Assembly: GCA_039807095.1 (NCBI GenBank)
Contig: JBDHQM010000004.1
Span: 62,425 to 126,424, forward strand
Direction: 5' to 3'
Length of the DNA stretch: 64,000 nucleotides
Source of the DNA: Kiritimatiellia bacterium
GTDB taxonomy: Bacteria; Verrucomicrobiota; Kiritimatiellia; CAIVKH01
Positions 27,105 to 36,379 of the stretch are shown piece by piece. The notes under the pieces were generated by a model. The model did not search any database. It worked only from the letters and a program-made list of their open reading frames with translations, and was not told where the DNA came from. The stretch's first letter is position 1. Every line of letters starts with the position of its first letter. The position numbers and the translations under genes were made by a program.

Positions 27105-28526
27105 TTAGTCCATCCACTCGGTGTGGAAGAACTGCCCGCGCGGCTTGTCCACACGCTCATACGTGTGCGCGCCGAAGAAATCGCGCTGCGCCTGCAGAAG
27201 ATTCGCCGGCAACACTTCCGAGCGGTAGCTGTCGTAATACGCCAGCGCCGCGCTGAAGCACGGAACCGGAATTCCCAGCTTCGCCGCCTGCTGAATCACG
27301 CGGCGCAAGCTGCCCTGCCCGCGGACAACGATCTTCTTAAAGGTCGGGTCCAGAAGCAGATTCGCCGGCGCTTTGCGGCGGCTGAACGCGTCGCGGATTT
27401 GCGAAAGAAACGCCGCGCGAATGATGCATCCGCCGCGCCACAACATCGCGAGCTGGCCGAGGTTCAACTTCCAGCCGTACGTCTCCGATGCAGTCTTGAG
27501 CAAGGCGAAGCCCTGCGCATACGAGCAAATCTTCGACACAAACAGCGCCTGCCGGATGGACTCGATGAACTTCGCGCGATCGCCTTTGTATGCGCTCTTC
27601 GGACCGCGCAGCTTTTTCGACGCCGCCACGCGCTCTTCCTTGTGCGCCGCCATGATTCGCGCGAACACCGACTCGGTGATCAGCGTCACCGGCACGCCCA
27701 AGTCCAGCGCGATGCTGCTTGTCCACTTGCCCGTGCCCTTCTGGCCCGCCGCGTCCAGAATCACATCCACCAGCGGCTTGCCCGTCTCCGGATCCGTCCG
27801 CGTGAACACCTTGGCGGTGATTTCGATCAGATACGAATCCAGCTCGCCCTTGTTCCAAATCGAGAAGATGTCGTGCAGCTCCTGCGCCGTCATGCCGAGC
27901 CCGCGCTTCAACAGGTCGTACGCCTCGCAGATGAGCTGCATATCGCCGTATTCGATGCCGTTGTGCACCATCTTGACGAAGTGCCCCGCGCCGTCCGAGC
28001 CCACCCAATCGCAGCACGGCTCGCCATTCACCTTCGCCGCGATCGCCTGAAAGATCGGCTTCACGTGCGGCCACGCCGCAGGCGAGCCGCCCGGCATAAT
28101 GCTCGGGCCGCGCAACGCGCCTTCTTCGCCGCCCGAAACGCCCGTGCCCATGTAGAGCAACCCGCGCGACTCCACCTGCTTCACGCGGCGCTGCGTGTCT
28201 TCAAACCACGAATTGCCGCCATCAATAATAATGTCGCCCGGCTCCAGCAGCGGAACCAACTGTTCGATAAGCTGATCCACCGCAGCACCCGCCTTCACCA
28301 TCATCATCACGCGGCGCGGCCGCTTCAGCGACGCCACAAGTTCCTGCAGCGAGTGCGCCCCCACAATCGTCTTGCCCGCCGCGCGGGTCTGCAAAAAGTC
28401 GTCCACCTTCGACACCGTCCGGTTGAACACCGCCACGGTGAACCCGTTGTTGGCCATATTAAGGACGAGGTTCTCCCCCATCACCGCCAATCCGATTAAA
28501 CCGATGTCTGCCTGCGTCGCACTCAT
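27105..28526 (-). CDS. gnd: 6-phosphogluconate dehydrogenase (decarboxylating)
   Basis: MSATQADIGLIGLAVMGENLVLNMANNGF... is canonical Gnd. Start at 28526; the track's upstream extension is not supported. Confidence 0.9.
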   Translation of the reverse strand: MSATQADIGLIGLAVMGENLVLNMANNGFTVAVFNRTVSKVDDFLQTRAAGKTIVGAHSLQELVASLKRPRRVMMMVKAGAAVDQLIEQLVPLLEPGDIIIDGGNSWFEDTQRRVKQVESRGLLYMGTGVSGGEEGALRGPSIMPGGSPAAWPHVKPIFQAIAAKVNGEPCCDWVGSDGAGHFVKMVHNGIEYGDMQLICEAYDLLKRGLGMTAQELHDIFSIWNKGELDSYLIEITAKVFTRTDPETGKPLVDVILDAAGQKGTGKWTSSIALDLGVPVTLITESVFARIMAAHKEERVAASKKLRGPKSAYKGDRAKFIESIRQALFVSKICSYAQGFALLKTASETYGWKLNLGQLAMLWRGGCIIRAAFLSQIRDAFSRRKAPANLLLDPTFKKIVVRGQGSLRRVIQQAAKLGIPVPCFSAALAYYDSYRSEVLPANLLQAQRDFFGAHTYERVDKPRGQFFHTEWMD

Positions 28527-28807
28527 ACTCTCCTCCAAACTCAAGGGAACGGGGCACAATCGCGCCAATCCCGGAAATGTCAAACAGACGTGTATATCAC
28601 GGATCACCCCCTCACGCAAGCAACCCTCAGGAGCCGCCAGGTCCATGATGTCAGCCCGGGCTTTGGACAACAGGGCGCAAACACACCGCATTTCCGGCTA
28701 TTTTTGCGTCCCGCAGCGCTCTGTCCCCCCTTCCACACAACGTGTGTTTGTCGCGCGCCTTCCAACAATTAGAATTTCTGTTTCGCCGGGCTTCCAATCC
28801 TTGTAAG

Positions 28808-29290
28808 ATGGACAACGAGACCCAGCGACGCATGAAGCTTTCCAGTCCAGCGTTCAACGATGGCGCGCCGATTCCCGCACGCTTCACGTGTAAGGGCGAA
28901 AACATCTCGCCGCAACTGGACTGGACCGGCGCACCCGCCGCCGATACGCAGAGCTTCGCGCTGCTCGTCACCGATCCCGATGCGCCGGGCGGCACATTTC
29001 TGCACTGGCTCATCTTCAACATCCCGTCCACGTGCCATCGCCTCGATGCGGGGGTCCCGAACAATTTCAAACTCGCGAATGGCGCAGTGCAGTGCGTGAA
29101 CAACTTTGGCCGACCCGGCTACGGCGGACCCTGCCCGCCGCCGGGCGAAAACCATCGCTACTTTTTTGAACTCTTCGCGCTGAGCAGCGCACTCGATCCG
29201 CGCGAAATCGCAACTGCTGCCGACCTGCGCCGCGCGATCGAAAACAAAGTACTCATCCGCGCAAGCCTCATGGGAACGTTCAAGCGCTGA
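28808..29290 (+). CDS. YbhB/YbcL-family PEBP (Raf-kinase-inhibitor-like) protein
   Basis: PEBP signature (DPDAPGGTFLHW, ...GENHRYFFELFAL). Start at MDNETQRRMKLSS. Confidence 0.75.
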   Translation: MDNETQRRMKLSSPAFNDGAPIPARFTCKGENISPQLDWTGAPAADTQSFALLVTDPDAPGGTFLHWLIFNIPSTCHRLDAGVPNNFKLANGAVQCVNNFGRPGYGGPCPPPGENHRYFFELFALSSALDPREIATAADLRRAIENKVLIRASLMGTFKR

Positions 29291-29358
29291 ATATCTCGTC
29301 CACACAACGTCGCCGCGCGCAACGTACATTCGGAGTCGTTGCCCTCGCGTTCGCCGCA

Positions 29359-31839
29359 TTGCTCACGCTCAACACGAAGGCACAAATGATCGCAGGCGAT
29401 CCGCAGCACCGCTACAACCTGCCTGGCACAATCTCGTTCGAGCACAATATCTTCTCCGGCAAGGAGGGGGAACGCATACGCGTCGAGAAAAAGGGCGGGC
29501 GCACAACTGTCATCGTGAAGCTCGATCAGGACGAGGCGATCTGGGGATTCGGCCAGCGCTTCGACGCTTTCGATCTACGCGGCCGCTCGTTCGAAATTTG
29601 GGCGGAGGACGGATGGAATCAGACACACACCAGCTACTTCGCCATCCCGTGGTTCATCAGCTCCGCAGGCTACGGCGTTTTCGTCAACTCAACGGGGCGT
29701 CTCTCCGTGGATGTTGGCGCGACGACGCCGGATGAATTGCGCATCGAAATGCCGGAGGACGGCGCAGCGGTGTATGGATTCCGCGGAACGCCGCGCGAGA
29801 TTCTCGAGGCATACACACAACTCGTGGGCCGACCGCACCCCGCACCCGACTGGGTATTCCGCCCGTGGATTTCGCGAAACTCCTATCTCGGCGCGCTCGA
29901 AATTGATCGCACCATCGAATTGATGAATCGCTACGGCCTCAAGGCTGGCGTGGTGGTACTCGAAGCGTGGGAGCAGCAGTTCCACAACTTTGCGTTTGAG
30001 GAAGACCGCTATCCGCACCCTGCGGACTGGATCAAGAGTCTGCACGATCGCGACTATCGCGTGATTTGCTGGATCACATCCAGCATCTGGCCGGCCGGCA
30101 GCACGTATGAAGAGGCGAAGCGCCGCAACTTCATCGTGAAGAACGACGACGGCACCGAATACGTGACGCGCTGGATCGAGAACGGGCGCGAGCTGGATTT
30201 CCGCATACCCGCTGTGCGCGAGTTCTGGCGCGACCTGCACCTTCCGCTCATCGCGCTGGGCGTGGACGGGATTAAGACCGATGGCGGCGAGCACATTCCC
30301 GATCCGTGGTTCCACAACGAACACCCCTTTCACTATCAGCGCGCCTCGCTCGACGCATTCGCAAAAGCCGGGCGCACCGGCGTCACCTTCGCGCGATCAG
30401 GCAACCCGCTCGTCGCGGGAAACAGCCTCTTCTGGGCGGGCGACCAATACGCGTCGTGGAGCAACCTGTACGTCGTCTTGCGCGGCGGCCTCTCCGCCGC
30501 GCTCTCCGGCCTCTTCTATTGGGGCCACGACATCGGCGGCTACAGCGGCACGCCGACCAAAGACCTCTATATCCGCTGGCTTCAGATCGGAACTTTCTCG
30601 CCGATCATGCAGCTCCACGGCGAAAGCGCGCGCGAGCCGTGGTATTACGACGAGCAAACCATCGAAATTGCGCGCCACTATTTCGGCGTGCGCGAAAAAC
30701 TTCAGCCCTATCTCATCGCGCTCGCCACCGAGGCGCGCGAACAGGGACATCCGATCTGGCGCCCGATGCCGTGGGTATTCCCCGACGATCCCGCGACGTA
30801 TCGGATCGGCGATCAATTCATGCTTGGTGACGACCTCCTTATCGCGCCGATTTTGAATGAAGCGGGCACGCGCGACATCTATCTGCCCGCAGGCGCGTGG
30901 GTGAATCTCTGGAACGGGCGCACAAACGAAGGCCCGACAACACTGTCCGTCTCCGTGGACCTCAGCATGACGCCCGTCTTCGCGCGTGCGGACGCCTACG
31001 AGCGCTGGAAAGACCTCTTCGCCAATGCGCCGCGCATCCAGCAAAAGCCCTATACCCTTGCGCTCTACGGAAAACAGAACGACCGCGGCATCGTGCCCGC
31101 CGTGCGCTATCTGCGCGGCCAGAAAACGGAAACACTCTCCTTCATCGTCAGCAACAACACCCCCGCAGATGCGCGGCTGAACGCCACGCTCAAACTGCCG
31201 CACGGCTTTACCGCAACGCCCGCCAAAATACAGTCCACCATTGCCGCAAAAGGGGCGGGTCGTCTCGATTTTGTCGTGACGATTCCCGAAGACATCGAGC
31301 CCGGCACCTACACATTCGATCTCAACAGCGCGATCAATAACACGCGCCAACCCACGTTATCCTGGCACCTCGTCCAGCCGTTGCACTGGAAGGCAGTCGG
31401 CCCGTTCAAGGGCGGCGTGGGCTCTGAACAGCCGCTCGACGGCACATCGCCCGATCTCACTGCGACATATCCGCAGGGCAACGCGGAACTGCGCTGGCAG
31501 GAGGTCCCGCTCAGCGCGATGCGCGACGATGGCTATATCGAGTTGGGAAAGTTCATTCGCGGTGAGGGCGGCACAACAACATTTGCTCTCTCCCGCTTCA
31601 CATCCCAGAAGGCACGCCGCGTGAAGCTCGCGCTCGACTCCGGCGACAGCCTCGCAGTTTGGGTGAACGGCGAACAGGTCTGCAACCGCATTGGACACCG
31701 CAACCCCTCCCCCTCGCCCATTGCACCGCAGGACGTGCCCGAAGTTAATTTGCGCGCAGGCGAAAATGAAATTCTGGTTCGCACGAGCCGCGGCCTTGCC
31801 GCGCAGGAATTTTTGGTTCGGATTATTGATTCACAATGA
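29359..31839 (+). CDS. Glycoside hydrolase family 31-like alpha-glycosidase with C-terminal beta-sandwich domains
   Basis: GH31-like (beta/alpha)8 region (RPHPAPDWVFRPWISRNSYLG, GVDGIKTDGGE, WAGDQYASW). The track start at 29359 is TTG. The in-frame upstream sequence encodes a plausible signal peptide but has no canonical start codon. Confidence 0.7.
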   Translation: MLTLNTKAQMIAGDPQHRYNLPGTISFEHNIFSGKEGERIRVEKKGGRTTVIVKLDQDEAIWGFGQRFDAFDLRGRSFEIWAEDGWNQTHTSYFAIPWFISSAGYGVFVNSTGRLSVDVGATTPDELRIEMPEDGAAVYGFRGTPREILEAYTQLVGRPHPAPDWVFRPWISRNSYLGALEIDRTIELMNRYGLKAGVVVLEAWEQQFHNFAFEEDRYPHPADWIKSLHDRDYRVICWITSSIWPAGSTYEEAKRRNFIVKNDDGTEYVTRWIENGRELDFRIPAVREFWRDLHLPLIALGVDGIKTDGGEHIPDPWFHNEHPFHYQRASLDAFAKAGRTGVTFARSGNPLVAGNSLFWAGDQYASWSNLYVVLRGGLSAALSGLFYWGHDIGGYSGTPTKDLYIRWLQIGTFSPIMQLHGESAREPWYYDEQTIEIARHYFGVREKLQPYLIALATEAREQGHPIWRPMPWVFPDDPATYRIGDQFMLGDDLLIAPILNEAGTRDIYLPAGAWVNLWNGRTNEGPTTLSVSVDLSMTPVFARADAYERWKDLFANAPRIQQKPYTLALYGKQNDRGIVPAVRYLRGQKTETLSFIVSNNTPADARLNATLKLPHGFTATPAKIQSTIAAKGAGRLDFVVTIPEDIEPGTYTFDLNSAINNTRQPTLSWHLVQPLHWKAVGPFKGGVGSEQPLDGTSPDLTATYPQGNAELRWQEVPLSAMRDDGYIELGKFIRGEGGTTTFALSRFTSQKARRVKLALDSGDSLAVWVNGEQVCNRIGHRNPSPSPIAPQDVPEVNLRAGENEILVRTSRGLAAQEFLVRIIDSQ

Positions 31840-31886
31840 CCTTTCGTGATTGTCTCGCCGCAATCGCTGCGACAAACTAATCCCCA

Positions 31887-34505
31887 ATGTCCGGATGGAT
31901 CAAAGGCGGTTTCTGGGGCGCGGTACTGATCACCGCGCTATGGCTTCTTGCGCCGCGCCACGCGATGCAGCGCGATGACGGTGTCGTCGAAATCCACTAC
32001 ATGGGCCGCGGTGGTCCGATCAAAGGCGCAATGGACGATGCCGTCCGCGAGTTCGAACGTCTCAGCCGCGAACGGCACGCAGTGGACCCGTCCTATCCGA
32101 TCTATCGCGTGATTTCAGGACAGGACGCCACGCGCAGTCAGACGGAAGACCCGACGCGCTTCCTCGTGAGCCTCGCAGGAGGGATGCCGCCCGACGTAAT
32201 TGACTTCGACCGCTTCGCCATCAGCGAGTGGGCGGCACGTGGCGCATTCACACCACTCGATGATCTCATCGCGCGCGATGCCGCGGCGTGGGCGGCGTGG
32301 CAGCAGAACCCCGATGCGCTGCCGCCGTGGCCGGGCGCTACCGAGGACCCGCCACGCGCCGCGGGCGGCCGCACCGAACCCGCCATCGAACCGCTCGCGC
32401 AAACCAACTTCTTCCCCGGCTGCTGGGACGAAGCGGTCTATCGCAATCCCGTCACCGGCACCTCCGGGCTCTACGGCATTCCGTCCGACACCGACAACCG
32501 CGTACTCCTCTACAACAAGGACATCCTCGTTCGCAACGGCTACACAAACGAGCTCGGTGAAGCGCAGCCGCCCCGCACCTGGGAAGAGCTCGAAGAAATG
32601 GCGATCCGCATGACGGAGCGCGACGAAAAGGGCCGCATCAAAACAATCGGATTCATCCCGAACTACGGAAACTCGTGGCTCTACATGTACGGCTGGCAGG
32701 CAGGCGGCGAATTCCTCAGTCCCGACGGACGCCGAATCACGCTCAACGATCCGCCCATTGTCGAGGCGCTCACCTTCATGACGCGCATTTATGAAAAACT
32801 CGGCGGCGCAAACAGCGTGTATGCGTTCCAGTCCACCTTCCAGGGCGGCGATCTCGATCCATTCGTCCTCGGCAAGGTTGCGATGAAAATTGACGGTGTC
32901 TGGGTGATGTCCGATCTCGCGTTCTACGGGCGCGATCTCAATATCGCCGCAGCCCCCGCCCCCATGCCAGCGCGCGAACTGGCGAAAGGGCGCAAACCGA
33001 TCTCGTGGCTCGCGGGTTGGGCATACGCAATTCCCTCCACCGCGCGAGAAAAGAAGGGCGCGTGGGAACTCATCCGCTTTCTCACCAGCCAGCGCGCGAT
33101 GGAAATCATGCGCGCATCCGAAAATTTCACCGCGATGAGCCAGGGCCGCCCCTACCTGCCCCGCCAATATCCGCAGCGTTCACAGAATGAGTGGGTCTTC
33201 AAAACCTACGTCGAAAACAATCCCGCGCTCGAACCGAAATTCAAGCAGGCCATGCGCGTCTATAACGACCTGCTAGACAACTCGCGATTCCGCCCCGTCA
33301 CGCCTGTCGGCCAGAAGTTGTGGAACTGCCAGATATGGGCGATGGAAGACGCCATCTTCGGCAAGAAGTCGCCGCAGGAAGCGCTCGATTACTATACCGC
33401 CATCGCCCAGCGCGATCTCGACATGGTCATCACCCCGCCTCAAGGCGTGACCATCCGGAGTTGGACCTGGTTCTTCTGGACATACGGCGCGCTCATCGTC
33501 GCGGTCATCATCCTCGTCTACCGCCGCGAGACGCGACCGGTGACGACCACCAAAAAATCGCGGAACTTCCTCGCCGGTCTCTTCACCGGTGAAAGCAAAT
33601 CGGACGCGCTCCTCCTCGGCAGCAAAGGCACCTACTTCCGCTCCCAATGGCGCGACGGCATCCTCTGCGCCCTACCCTGGCTCATCGGCTTCATCGTCTT
33701 CACCGGCGGCCCGCTCCTCTTCTCCATCGTCATCAGCTTCTGCCAATTCGATGTGCTCAACCCCGCCGTCTTCACCGGACTGCGCAACTACATCTTCATG
33801 GTCCACGGTGATGAGCTCTTCTGGAAATCGCTCTACAACACCATCTACATGGTCATCGGCATCCCGCTCGGCATGGCGGTCGGACTCGGCCTCGCCATGC
33901 TGCTCAATGTGAAAGTGCGCGGAATCGCCGTCTGGCGCACGCTCTTCTATCTCCCCAGCATCGTCCCCGCCGTCGCCTCCAGCATACTCTGGATATGGAT
34001 CTTCAACCCGCAGAGTGGCCTCTTCAACGCCATGCTCGACCTCGTCGGCATCTCCGGCCCGAACTGGCTGCAGGACGAAGCCACTAGCAAATGGTCGCTC
34101 ATCCTCATGGGCCTCTGGGGCGCAGGCGGCGGCATGATCATCTGGCTCGCCGGCCTCAAAGGCATCAGCGAAACCTACTACGAAGCCGCCGCGCTCGACG
34201 GCGCCAACGCGTGGCAGCAATTCAAATACATCACCATCCCCATGATGACGCCCTACATCTTCTTCAACCTCGTCATGGGCCTCATCGGCACATTCCAAAT
34301 CTTCACCCAAGCCTTCATCATGACCCAGGGCGGCCCCGTGAACTCCACCCTCTTCTTCGCCTATCACCTCTTCAACAACGCTTTCCGCTACATGCAAATG
34401 GGCTACGCCGCCGCCATGGCGTGGTTCCTCTTCCTCATCGTCGTCATTCTCACCGCCTTCCAAATGAAAACCTCCAAACGCTGGGTGCACTATGAAGAGG
34501 ACTGA
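31887..34505 (+). CDS. Fusion protein: N-terminal family-1 extracellular solute-binding protein fused in frame to a MalF-type carbohydrate ABC permease
   Basis: One continuous 872-aa ORF. Residues ~1-520 are SBP_bac_1-like after an N-terminal membrane anchor. Residues ~520-872 are a 6-TM permease with the EAA loop (EAAALDGANAWQQFKYITIPMM). Confidence 0.7.
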   Translation: MSGWIKGGFWGAVLITALWLLAPRHAMQRDDGVVEIHYMGRGGPIKGAMDDAVREFERLSRERHAVDPSYPIYRVISGQDATRSQTEDPTRFLVSLAGGMPPDVIDFDRFAISEWAARGAFTPLDDLIARDAAAWAAWQQNPDALPPWPGATEDPPRAAGGRTEPAIEPLAQTNFFPGCWDEAVYRNPVTGTSGLYGIPSDTDNRVLLYNKDILVRNGYTNELGEAQPPRTWEELEEMAIRMTERDEKGRIKTIGFIPNYGNSWLYMYGWQAGGEFLSPDGRRITLNDPPIVEALTFMTRIYEKLGGANSVYAFQSTFQGGDLDPFVLGKVAMKIDGVWVMSDLAFYGRDLNIAAAPAPMPARELAKGRKPISWLAGWAYAIPSTAREKKGAWELIRFLTSQRAMEIMRASENFTAMSQGRPYLPRQYPQRSQNEWVFKTYVENNPALEPKFKQAMRVYNDLLDNSRFRPVTPVGQKLWNCQIWAMEDAIFGKKSPQEALDYYTAIAQRDLDMVITPPQGVTIRSWTWFFWTYGALIVAVIILVYRRETRPVTTTKKSRNFLAGLFTGESKSDALLLGSKGTYFRSQWRDGILCALPWLIGFIVFTGGPLLFSIVISFCQFDVLNPAVFTGLRNYIFMVHGDELFWKSLYNTIYMVIGIPLGMAVGLGLAMLLNVKVRGIAVWRTLFYLPSIVPAVASSILWIWIFNPQSGLFNAMLDLVGISGPNWLQDEATSKWSLILMGLWGAGGGMIIWLAGLKGISETYYEAAALDGANAWQQFKYITIPMMTPYIFFNLVMGLIGTFQIFTQAFIMTQGGPVNSTLFFAYHLFNNAFRYMQMGYAAAMAWFLFLIVVILTAFQMKTSKRWVHYEED

Positions 34506-34520
34506 CCGCCTCCGCATAAA

Positions 34521-34572
34521 AACTTCCAAGCGTTGGAAACCCGAAACGACCGAACTTCCAATCGTTGGAACT
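34521..34572. repeat. REP-like intergenic element copy 2: tandem pair of ACTTCCAA-N3-TTGGAA palindromes 32 bp apart
   Basis: Sites at 34523-34537 (ttccaagcgttggaa) and 34555-34569 (ttccaatcgttggaa). Linker aacccgaaacgaccgaactt is similar to copy 1. Lies in the 75-nt gap between the two permease genes. Confidence 0.55.
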
Positions 34573-34580
34573 TTCTAACC

Positions 34581-36290
34581 GTGCCAACCACCGCCACACA
34601 CTCCGTCGAAGCCGATGCGAAGCAAGCGCGCGAAGCGCGGCGTCTTCGCGCCATCGCGCGTGTCCTCGTCATTTATGGACTCCTCCTCGGCGGCGCGATT
34701 CTCTTCTCCCTCCCCTTCGTCTGGATGATCGGCACCAGTTTCAAGGTGGACCGCGAAATGTTCAGCGGGAAACTCACCTTCTGGCCCATGCAACCCATCC
34801 CCGTGCGCGCCTCGCCCTATCTCGACACGCGCTACTTCGATGAACCGGACGACAGCGAATACCCCGCTATCGAACCGGAACTCCTCTCCGCAATCGCCCG
34901 CGAGAGCGCGGCCCTTCCGCCCAACATTCGCGACGAGAAAAACGTCTCCGCCATCATCGCGCCCGGCATCTATAAACGCCTGCGCGAAACCATCCCCACC
35001 ACCGCATGGAGCGGCCCGCAGGACGCACTCCTGACCGAAATCAATTCACGAATCAACTCCGAGCTCGTGGACGAAACCACGCGCAAAATCTATCGCCACC
35101 TCAGCCTCGCAGGCGTACGCGTACGCAGCCTCGACCTGCAGGAAATGGACCTCACCAGCGGACACCGCATCTCCGACTTCTGGCAGCTCGAAGGACCCGC
35201 TACCCTAGACGACGGCGAAGAAGGCGCAACCAAACTCGCCGACATCGTCTACAACTTTCCCGAAAAGAAAGGCGGTGAAATTCGCCTCACCCGCACACTC
35301 ACTCTGCCCTTCCCCGTTGACCGCCTGCACCGCATCCAACTCTTCATGCGCCCCGACGATTCGTGGCACTCCATGGATTTCTACATCGAGAAACAGGGCA
35401 AAGTCTTCAAGGGCAAACGCTCCGAATACATGGGCAACTTCCAGTGGACCATCGTCTCGCTGCAAGACTATGGACCCGACGATGAATCCACCAAAATTCG
35501 CCTCTGGGTCCCAATGGTTGAGCAGCAGGGCATCACCTCCGATATCACCGCGCCCGATCAGGTGAAGCTCACCCTCGTCCTCCGCCAGAACGACGCGCTC
35601 GGCGCGTGGTGGGCAAAAATTCAGCGCAACTATCGCGGCGCGCTCGACTACATTCCCTTCTGGCGCTACGCCGCTACCAGTGTCTTCCTCGTCATCCTCA
35701 ACATCGTCGGCACCCTCTTCTCCTGCTCACTCGTCGCCTTCGCCTTCGCGCGCCTTCAATGGCCCGGTCGCAACCTGAGCTTCGGCCTCATGATGGCGAC
35801 CATGATGATCCCCGGGCAGGTGACGATGATCCCCTACTTCCTCATCATCAAATGGCTCGGCTGGTACAACACCCTCACCCCCCTCTGGGTCATGAGCCTC
35901 TGCGGCAACGCATTCAACATCTTCCTGCTCCGCCAGTTCATGAAAGGAATCCCGCGCGACCTCGAAGACGCCGCCCGCATTGACGGCTGTAACTCGTGGC
36001 AGGTCTATCTCCACGTCATGCTCCCGCTCATCAAACCGACCCTCGCCTGCATCGCCATCTTCACCTTCATGGGCGTGTGGAACGACTTCATGGGCCCCCT
36101 CATTTATCTCAGCGACCAGCGCCTCTATCCCCTCTCCCTCGGCCTCTACGCATTCAACGTCCAGGCAGGCGGCAGCTTCGGCATGATGATGGCAGGCTCC
36201 CTCCTCATGACCCTCCCCGTCATCCTCATCTTCTTCTTCGCCCAGAAATACTTCATCCAAGGCGTCACCCTCACCGGCATGAAGGGCTAA
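34581..36290 (+). CDS. MalG-type carbohydrate ABC permease with ~300-aa periplasmic insertion between TM1 and TM2
   Basis: C-terminal 280 aa are a canonical MalG-like permease (EAA loop EDAARIDGCNSWQVYLHVMLP). Residues ~60-360 are a soluble insert with no recognisable family. Start taken at GTG 34581 because the track's ATG at 34533 overlaps the REP-like element; either is possible. Confidence 0.65.
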   Translation: MPTTATHSVEADAKQAREARRLRAIARVLVIYGLLLGGAILFSLPFVWMIGTSFKVDREMFSGKLTFWPMQPIPVRASPYLDTRYFDEPDDSEYPAIEPELLSAIARESAALPPNIRDEKNVSAIIAPGIYKRLRETIPTTAWSGPQDALLTEINSRINSELVDETTRKIYRHLSLAGVRVRSLDLQEMDLTSGHRISDFWQLEGPATLDDGEEGATKLADIVYNFPEKKGGEIRLTRTLTLPFPVDRLHRIQLFMRPDDSWHSMDFYIEKQGKVFKGKRSEYMGNFQWTIVSLQDYGPDDESTKIRLWVPMVEQQGITSDITAPDQVKLTLVLRQNDALGAWWAKIQRNYRGALDYIPFWRYAATSVFLVILNIVGTLFSCSLVAFAFARLQWPGRNLSFGLMMATMMIPGQVTMIPYFLIIKWLGWYNTLTPLWVMSLCGNAFNIFLLRQFMKGIPRDLEDAARIDGCNSWQVYLHVMLPLIKPTLACIAIFTFMGVWNDFMGPLIYLSDQRLYPLSLGLYAFNVQAGGSFGMMMAGSLLMTLPVILIFFFAQKYFIQGVTLTGMKG

Positions 36291-36379
36291 AGCCCACCCT
36301 CTCCGTAGTCTACGGTCTACAGTCTACGGTCTAAGGTCTATCATCTGCACTAAACCCAATTTGTGATACGTTCTCTTTT

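Noticed and set aside
17508-28499. Plus-strand ORFs 17508..18656, 19124..19972, 20003..21028, 21074..21793, 21835..22803, 26264..27052 and 26931..28499
   Set aside because: Each overlaps a confidently assigned minus-strand gene (preT, ald, aminotransferase, NCS1, MATE, gnd). No motifs.
32115-33167. 350-aa minus-strand ORF inside the SBP-permease fusion gene
   Set aside because: Antisense to a gene with clear SBP and permease signatures; no features.
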